From contig CAXXXF010000017.1 of assembly GCA_963667175.2 (NCBI GenBank), positions 39,044 to 103,043 on the forward strand: a DNA stretch of 64,000 bases, in the 5' to 3' direction. Both the position numbers and the translations under genes were made by a program. Position 1 is the stretch's first letter; each line of letters opens with the position of its first letter. The stretch comes from Candidatus Latescibacterota bacterium (GTDB lineage Bacteria > Latescibacterota > UBA2968 > GCA-2709665). Shown piece by piece: positions 58,722 through 64,000 of this stretch. The notes under the pieces are model-generated. The model searched no databases. It was not told where the DNA came from and saw only the letters and a list, made by a program, of their open reading frames with translations.

Positions 58722-59684
58722 ATGGAGGACGATGGATTGGGTGCGAAGGGATTTGCCATGAAGAATGTCATGCAGAAAATCAACATGCTCAATGATGATG
58801 AAATTTCGAAGTTTAAAAATCCGGCCCACCGAATCATGGAGGCCAGCGAGCAGATGTTTCGCTCGTTTCACGCGAATCCCATTCAACGCGACTTCTCGTC
58901 AGAATTCGAAGCCATTGCCGCCTGGAGTACAGTTACGTGCTGTTATTCCGGCATTGAGCAGGCCCTGAAGTGCCTATTAAAGATGCAAGGTACGTTCATT
59001 GACAAGCCTGCTCGGGAGGGTGGACACCGCCATCACGATATTGGGAAGCTCTTCAAGGATCTTGCTCCTGAAGAGCAGGATGTTCTCCGCGTCTCCTATG
59101 GTATTTATCGTTCGCTGCACGATTGCATTCCCCCCGAAACCGTCGACTGCTTCCTTGACGGCATTGACAAAGGGTACACGACGTGGCGCTATTTCCTCCT
59201 TGATGGACGAAAGTCGGACGATTGGCCGACGCCCCATCCCGGTGCGATGGTAGATATCTGGTCAGCACTTTCGAATATTATTTGTGCAAGGGTATACTGC
59301 AATCACGGACTTCAAACAGTGAAACAGCGAATCGACATCCATCTGCGTGAGGAACATATCCGTGCGGAGCGTGAGTCGGACGACGAGCGAGACATCCGAC
59401 ACATCAACGAAATCCTCGGCTGGCAGCAAAGGGATTGTTTCCTGGATATCAATGTCTACTCCAGTCTCCTCTATTGCCATGGGAACGGAAAACCACTCCA
59501 CGTCGACCCACAGTCGGCCTCCGTACCTGAGGAACTTACCAGACTGCCTGTACTGAAAGCATTCACTCGCAATGTACGGCAACGAAAAAACGACAATGAC
59601 CTTTCCCATTTTCAACACCGAGCCGAAACCAGCAGGATAGTTTGGAATTCTGCTACAGTTCGCTTCGAGACCGACTTCCATTGA
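58722..59684 (+). CDS. hypothetical protein with a classical HEPN-like helix pair (alternative start 58758)
   Basis: GIEQALKCLLKMQGTFIDKPAREGGHRHHDIGKLFKDL resembles the HEPN E..LK..L...R(x4-6)H.L..L pattern. The rest is unassigned. Confidence 0.35.
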   Translation: MEDDGLGAKGFAMKNVMQKINMLNDDEISKFKNPAHRIMEASEQMFRSFHANPIQRDFSSEFEAIAAWSTVTCCYSGIEQALKCLLKMQGTFIDKPAREGGHRHHDIGKLFKDLAPEEQDVLRVSYGIYRSLHDCIPPETVDCFLDGIDKGYTTWRYFLLDGRKSDDWPTPHPGAMVDIWSALSNIICARVYCNHGLQTVKQRIDIHLREEHIRAERESDDERDIRHINEILGWQQRDCFLDINVYSSLLYCHGNGKPLHVDPQSASVPEELTRLPVLKAFTRNVRQRKNDNDLSHFQHRAETSRIVWNSATVRFETDFH

Positions 59685-59773
59685 ATGACGTTCACCCCAT
59701 ATCATTCCGCTGGCAGCCTCCGATCACCATTTGGTGGATTTGAATCCGCGTCACTATTCCCGGTTTATTGTCA

Positions 59774-59800
59774 TTATCTCATCCGTCCTGTCCATCCATG
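59774..59800 (+). repeat. island repeat, instance 5
   Basis: TTATCTCATCCGTCCTGTCCATCCATG|TTGATTTTGAT. Confidence 0.6.
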
Positions 59801-59890
59801 TTGATTTTGATTCGCCAATTCCACCTGAGTTCGTGTAGAGGCTCATACGTCGGTTTCGAGCAACGTGCACAATCAGCTTCCACCGCTATT

Positions 59891-59940
59891 GCCCTGTTGT
59901 TGTGTTTTTATCCTGTTCATCCTGTCTATCCATGTAAGTT
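59891..59940 (+). repeat. island repeat, instance 6, unoccupied intron site
   Basis: GCCCTGTTGTTGTGTTTTTATCCTGTTCATCCTGTCTATCCATG|TAAGTT. Confidence 0.7.
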
Positions 59941-60082
59941 GCTTTGCCTTTTGGTTTTGAGATATCCATGTTGACCAATGTCGGAACAAGGCCGCGACGG
60001 TTTTTTTACGTCAGTATTCTGTGCCATCGTTGAACGAAACGCGTCAGTTTGGGTGATAAGCTTAAAGCCAGGGGTGGAGGCG

Positions 60083-61126
60083 ATGTTGACACGCCTGCAG
60101 ATACGAAATTTCCGCGGCTTCAATGCGCTCAAGATTGACCACTTAAATGCTATCAACCTGATTGCCGGGAAAAACAACTCTGGAAAGACAAGCCTGCTTG
60201 AAGCGATTTTTCTTCTGTCCGGAGCGGGGAATACTCAATTGGCAATGAATGACAATGGCATTCGGGACCTGGCGCCACACGGGGTTTCTACGGGCGATCC
60301 GTTCTGGAAACAGCTTTTTTTCAATCGGGATATGGGACGATCGATCGAGATTACCGCGCGTCGTTCAACACGCGATCAATTGACCCTTAAGATCACTTCG
60401 GAAAGACAGCCGACGACCGAAATACCCCTTGACCGAACGAATGGAACGTCCACTACAAATTTCCTCAACGAGCAATTGCTCGCGTTTGAGTATACTGGAC
60501 CGTCAGCGAATTCGGTAAAGAGCCAGATTCGTATGAAGGAACAGGGCTTTCAGGTAGATCAGCCTTCGACAAGTCCCCTGTTTCGGGCGATATTCCTCTC
60601 GTCTCGAAATCGGAATATCCACGAAGACGCAGTAAGATTAGGACGGTTAAGGCAGCAAAAGCAGGGAGATATGCTCTTGACGGCACTGCGGGTTTTCGAA
60701 CCGAGATTGCTGAGCATTGAGGATAATGCTTATAGCGGAACGCCCATGATCTGGGGAGATATCGGGTGGTCCGAATTGGTACCATTATCCGTAATGGGCG
60801 AAGGCATGACACAGATCGCCCGCCTTGTATTGGGTATCGCTTCCGTACCGGATGGCGTCGTTTTGGTGGATGAACTCGAAAATGGCATACACCACTCGGT
60901 ACTACCTGATGTATGGCGCGTCATCGATGAAGCGGCCAAACAGTTTCGGACTCAAATATTCGCAACCACGCACAGTCTGGAATGCGTCATTGCAGCTCAT
61001 GATTCTCTCAGAAAGGACAGGTTCCGGCTACACAGGCTTGAGATTACTGAGAACACAAGCCGCTGTGTCACATACGAACCTGAATCAATCGATTCGGCAA
61101 TCCGCCATAATCTCGAGGTTCGATAG
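60083..61126 (+). CDS. AAA15/AAA21-type ABC ATPase (defence-associated family)
   Basis: MLTRLQIRNFRGFNALKIDHLNAINLIAGKNNSGKTSLLEAI...VLVDELENGIHHS...FATTHSLECV. Confidence 0.8.
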   Translation: MLTRLQIRNFRGFNALKIDHLNAINLIAGKNNSGKTSLLEAIFLLSGAGNTQLAMNDNGIRDLAPHGVSTGDPFWKQLFFNRDMGRSIEITARRSTRDQLTLKITSERQPTTEIPLDRTNGTSTTNFLNEQLLAFEYTGPSANSVKSQIRMKEQGFQVDQPSTSPLFRAIFLSSRNRNIHEDAVRLGRLRQQKQGDMLLTALRVFEPRLLSIEDNAYSGTPMIWGDIGWSELVPLSVMGEGMTQIARLVLGIASVPDGVVLVDELENGIHHSVLPDVWRVIDEAAKQFRTQIFATTHSLECVIAAHDSLRKDRFRLHRLEITENTSRCVTYEPESIDSAIRHNLEVR

Positions 61127-61242
61127 GAACGCCAGGACCACAAGCAATTCAGTCGGAAATCCAGCTTCTTGTAGAAGGCAATGACCATCTAGATTTTTTA
61201 TGAAGCATTTGTCAAACATCCTTCTCTTTACCGTATCCGTAT

Positions 61243-61287
61243 CTGCCCTGTTTTGTGGTTTTATCCTGTCCATCCTGTCTCTCCGTG
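61243..61287 (+). repeat. island repeat, instance 7
   Basis: CTGCCCTGTTTTGTGGTTTTATCCTGTCCATCCTGTCTCTCCGTG|TTTGATGG. The following 70 or so nt resemble the segment after instance 5. Confidence 0.6.
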
Positions 61288-61501
61288 TTTGATGGTCTTG
61301 AACTGCATTTTCCACGTGAGTCCGTGTCGGCGCTCAGGCGTCGGCTTCGAACAACAAGCGCATATCGGTCCATCCGTGTAAATAATCGGAAATTGCGGGA
61401 TCCTGTGCGCCGTCGCTTCAAACATCCGTTTTACGACACCGAAAAGCCCCACACTCGCCAGGTCGAATGCGGGGCCGTTCCAAATCCGGACATGCCGGCG
61501 A

Positions 61502-61765
61502 CTAATCCGAGAACGCCTTGAATGCTAGCCCTGCGATAGCCAGTACCGTCGCAACCTGCAACGGTACGATCCAACGGTACAGCCCGTCGATCCTGGCTTC
61601 CAGGGACATGCGGGTCGTGTCAATCCTGGCGTCCACCGCGTCTATCTTTGTCTCCATCCGCCCCAAACGGACGTCGATCTGTTCGACCACGCCATCAAGA
61701 CGGGCAATACGCCCCTCATGGTCCAGAGGATGCGGACGTTTCTGCGCTGGATTCGTCTCGGCCAT
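61502..61765 (-). CDS. small coiled-coil/TM-anchor protein (XhlA-like architecture), copy B
   Basis: MAETNPAQKRPHPLDHEGRIARLDGVVEQIDVRLGRMETKIDAVDARID...LQVATVLAIAGLAFKAF. Confidence 0.45.
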   Translation of the reverse strand: MAETNPAQKRPHPLDHEGRIARLDGVVEQIDVRLGRMETKIDAVDARIDTTRMSLEARIDGLYRWIVPLQVATVLAIAGLAFKAFSD

Positions 61766-61897
61766 CGTCTTTCATCTCCACTTGACGATATTATATGGTC
61801 AGTTGTGAAGTCAGATTGGTCAGAGTCGTACTGTGCGGTCCAGGGTGGGAGGACTCATCGCCATAATGCGGAATAGGTAGCATTCCTCCCGCTATTT

Positions 61898-61928
61898 GGT
61901 TTTGTCCTGTTGATCCTGTCTATCCATG
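61898..61928 (+). repeat. island repeat, instance 8, overlapping the 3' end and stop codon of the 61920-62249 gene
   Basis: GGTTTTGTCCTGTTGATCCTGTCTATCCATG|TTTGCTGGTTTTGATCT. Confidence 0.6.
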
Positions 61929-62249
61929 TTTGCTGGTTTTGATCTCTTCCAACAGGTCGCGCAGTTCCTCGGCAATTCGAGGATCCGGCTTGCCAGCAAG
62001 CGCTTTGCTGGCTAACTGCTCTGCCAGGCGCGGCTGGTTGCAGTCCAAAGCCAGCCACCCGGCACTACGGTGTAATATCGAATAAGTTGGCTCCACCGGC
62101 TCGGACATCTCACCAAGAGCCTTGAGCTCCAGGTTCAGGGCCTGGTCAAACAACTCCTGTGACCGCTCCCTGTTTCCCCGTCGCCGTTCTTGATCGGCCA
62201 AAAACGCGGCATTCATGGCTTCGTCGTGGAATTTATCAACATCGCTCAT
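61920..62249 (-). CDS. small all-helical hypothetical protein (109 aa)
   Basis: MSDVDKFHDEAMNAAFLADQERRRGN...LAEQLASKALAGKPDPRIAEELRDLLEEIKTSKHG. The last codons and the stop lie in repeat instance 8. Confidence 0.4.
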   Translation of the reverse strand: MSDVDKFHDEAMNAAFLADQERRRGNRERSQELFDQALNLELKALGEMSEPVEPTYSILHRSAGWLALDCNQPRLAEQLASKALAGKPDPRIAEELRDLLEEIKTSKHG

Positions 62250-62554
62250 TTTTTCTGAACCTCTGCAACCCGAGTCCCCAAATCTACGACGATAACGTAC
62301 ATTTGCATGATGAATGGAAGTCACTTCAAAGTCGACTGTGTAAATGACCGGTGATGTTCGATTTGGCAATGTCAGAAATAATCGCCAATCGGTACAGCAC
62401 AGATGTATCTCTGATATTACGGGACAAGGGTTCGAACAACTGATTAAACCCAAATGCTGCACATAAGTATAGTATTTTTGTGGGAGATGTCAAGAGTCGA
62501 TGAATGACCGGAATCTGGCAATTTGAGCAATTTCAGTTGATCTGGTTTTGCGGG

Positions 62555-62584
62555 TCTGTTTTCTTTTCATCCTGCCCATCCATG
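62555..62584 (+). repeat. island repeat, instance 9
   Basis: GTCTGTTTTCTTTTCATCCTGCCCATCCATG|TTTGTTGGTTTTGATCT. Confidence 0.55.
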
Positions 62585-62647
62585 TTTGTTGGTTTTGATC
62601 TGCCGCTGCGCAGTTTTGTGGCTTTCGTTGCGGTATTTCTAAGGGTC

Positions 62648-62675
62648 TTGACAAGAAGTCAAGCCTCTGTATATT
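62648..62675 (+). promoter_or_regulatory. promoter TTGACA-N16-TATATT upstream of the 62711 gene
   Basis: Hexamers at 62648-62653 and 62670-62675. Confidence 0.5.
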
Positions 62676-62710
62676 TACGAATGAAATTTCCCCGTGTGTA
62701 TTGTTTATGA

Positions 62711-63313
62711 TTGAAAGAGATTTTTGTCTCAAAAGAGGGGTGGAGCGAAAACATGGGGACCTTAGTCCTTGATTCTTCTACGGTAATTCCTACTTTTGTA
62801 AAAGCCCCTACTGCGAAAATTGAGAAAGAGGACACGACTACATTAGATGTCGACTTAGTGGTAAAGGATCCTGTGCAAAAGGCCATACAGGATTTGCACG
62901 CAGTCGAAAAAACTGTGGATCATCATTTGTTAATTATGTCTGAAATCGTTGAAACCTTTAATGAAGATGGAACTGGCTTTTATGCTGAGATATCTCGTTT
63001 AACGAGTACCGATGATTTAATCGCTAATCTTGAAGAAAGTGAGCCGAAGTTATTTAAGGGTTTGGATGAAATTCACAAAGAGCAAGAAATAATAGAACAA
63101 AATGTAGTACGCGCTCCTAACCCATATAATCGAAAAATCTTAGATAAGTACATCAAGGTGGCAAGCAAGTATAAGGAATACCTAAATCTCTTTCAGGATT
63201 ATAAATGGAACCTTATGATATACCAAGCCCGACACGAACATTACGCGGGTAAAGATGCAGGTTCAGATGGAACAGACTCCAGACAATCTACAAAAGACTC
63301 TGACACTACTTGA
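62711..63313 (+). CDS. hypothetical low-GC protein (alternative start ATG 62753), a possible antitoxin-position partner of the next gene
   Basis: Continuous 200-aa ORF, charged and helical (…LFKGLDEIHKEQEIIEQNVV…KYKEYLNLFQDYKWNL). It overlaps the downstream RelE-like ORF. Confidence 0.4.
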   Translation: MKEIFVSKEGWSENMGTLVLDSSTVIPTFVKAPTAKIEKEDTTTLDVDLVVKDPVQKAIQDLHAVEKTVDHHLLIMSEIVETFNEDGTGFYAEISRLTSTDDLIANLEESEPKLFKGLDEIHKEQEIIEQNVVRAPNPYNRKILDKYIKVASKYKEYLNLFQDYKWNLMIYQARHEHYAGKDAGSDGTDSRQSTKDSDTT

Positions 63314-63593
63314 AATAGAATATCTTCCAATTACTCTAGATTCACCAGGGAAGGCTTTTGCAAAACATCGCGATCGTCTACCCGAAGAAATGAAAGAGAG
63401 TTTAGAGGAAGTCATTCAAGAACTAAGGACGAATACGCTCAAGCCCGGTCGTAAGTTCAAAAAATTAAAAAACAAAGATGGTGACTTTTTTGAAGTTCGG
63501 TTAAACAAACAATATAGATTTGTGTTTGAAATCTATGCTCCAGGAAAAGGAATTCATCTTGCCGTTGGGACGCATAAACAGGTAGGAACCTGA
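63255..63593 (+). CDS. RelE/ParE-superfamily toxin-like protein (start 63255 or 63267)
   Basis: AFAKHRDRLPEEMKESLEEVIQELRTN..KPGRKFKKLKNKDGDFFEVRLNKQYRFVFEI...IHLAVGTHKQV fits the RelE/ParE pattern. Confidence 0.65.
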   Translation: MQVQMEQTPDNLQKTLTLLEIEYLPITLDSPGKAFAKHRDRLPEEMKESLEEVIQELRTNTLKPGRKFKKLKNKDGDFFEVRLNKQYRFVFEIYAPGKGIHLAVGTHKQVGT

Positions 63594-64000
63594 TAGAATT
63601 CCCGAATAAGAAAGACGCCGAAACAAACCATTCAAGGTCGCGCGCCTTTGGGCAGCCCTGGGGGAGAACTCCCCTGGGGATTATTTATTATATGATGGAA
63701 ATATGACAAATATTCCGGGGCTGTGTGAAATGTTCGCGCGCGCCGGGTAGCGGTACGACCGATGGGTGGATGAAGTACGAATGCCCGAGCCCATGCCGTT
63801 TTGGCAACAAAGCGGGACCCCCACTGTTCCGATGGTGTGGCGGCGCAAGAGAAATATCTGGATTTAGACCATAACGTATTTTGTAACGTCCGAGATTTTC
63901 TACGAAACATACTGAAGCCATTGTCTACAGTAATGGGGAAATCAATAGGTTGAAGGTCGGGTCCGCGCATCCATTCGACTATGAGGTCTGAAGACAATCC

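Noticed and set aside
63632-63997. 121-aa ORF on the minus strand at the window end, plus the overlapping 77-aa ORF.
   Set aside because: The translation has no recognisable motif and odd composition, and the region changes base composition. With the window ending here I cannot support a gene call.

Overview
Two-part window. Bases 1 to about 40,640 are a high-GC bacterial chromosomal core, about 60-65% GC by eye. It carries thrS-infC-rpmI-rplT, a ZapB-like protein plus zapA, rny-ymdB, xseA-xseB-nadK-recN and futalosine-pathway mqn genes. It also carries a Zn-ADH, a polytopic membrane protein, a D-aminoacylase, a secreted heparinase-like/beta-propeller protein, tRNA-Leu(CAG) and an ECF sigma-TPR fusion. 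Further core genes are an archaeal/eukaryal-type pheS-pheT behind a Phe T-box leader, an orphan RND pump, a form-II CoxSLM-type Mo-hydroxylase cluster, and DsbA-like, DUF1844 and LptE-like genes. From hicBA (about 40.2 kb) to the window end the sequence is a visibly lower-GC accessory/defence island. The island holds a type I R-M system (hsdR plus a fused hsdM-hsdS), a HEPN-motif protein and an OLD/TOPRIM-type ATPase-nuclease split by an IS3-family element. It also holds a CapH/CapP-associated type III CBASS-like operon (CD-NTase, HORMA-like, TRIP13-like AAA+, 2-TM SLATT-like effector), a HEPN-like protein plus an AAA15 ATPase, and a RelE-like toxin pair. Three signals stand out. (1) Two ORF-less group II intron copies differ in a 10-nt block within which a 7-nt EBS1 is complementary to each copy's own 5' exon. 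(2) An island-restricted dispersed repeat built on a 9-nt periodic core (ATGGATGGACAGGATGAACAGGATAAA) sits in front of defence genes, supplies the intron homing site and occurs once in frame inside hsdM. (3) About 385-bp direct repeats, each encoding a small coiled-coil/TM protein, bracket the 9-kb CBASS-containing segment. Two core genes carry +1 frameshifts at short homopolymer runs and two island genes carry in-frame TAG codons, so sequence quality or gene decay must be considered. All functional calls come from reading the translations and motifs; no database search was run.
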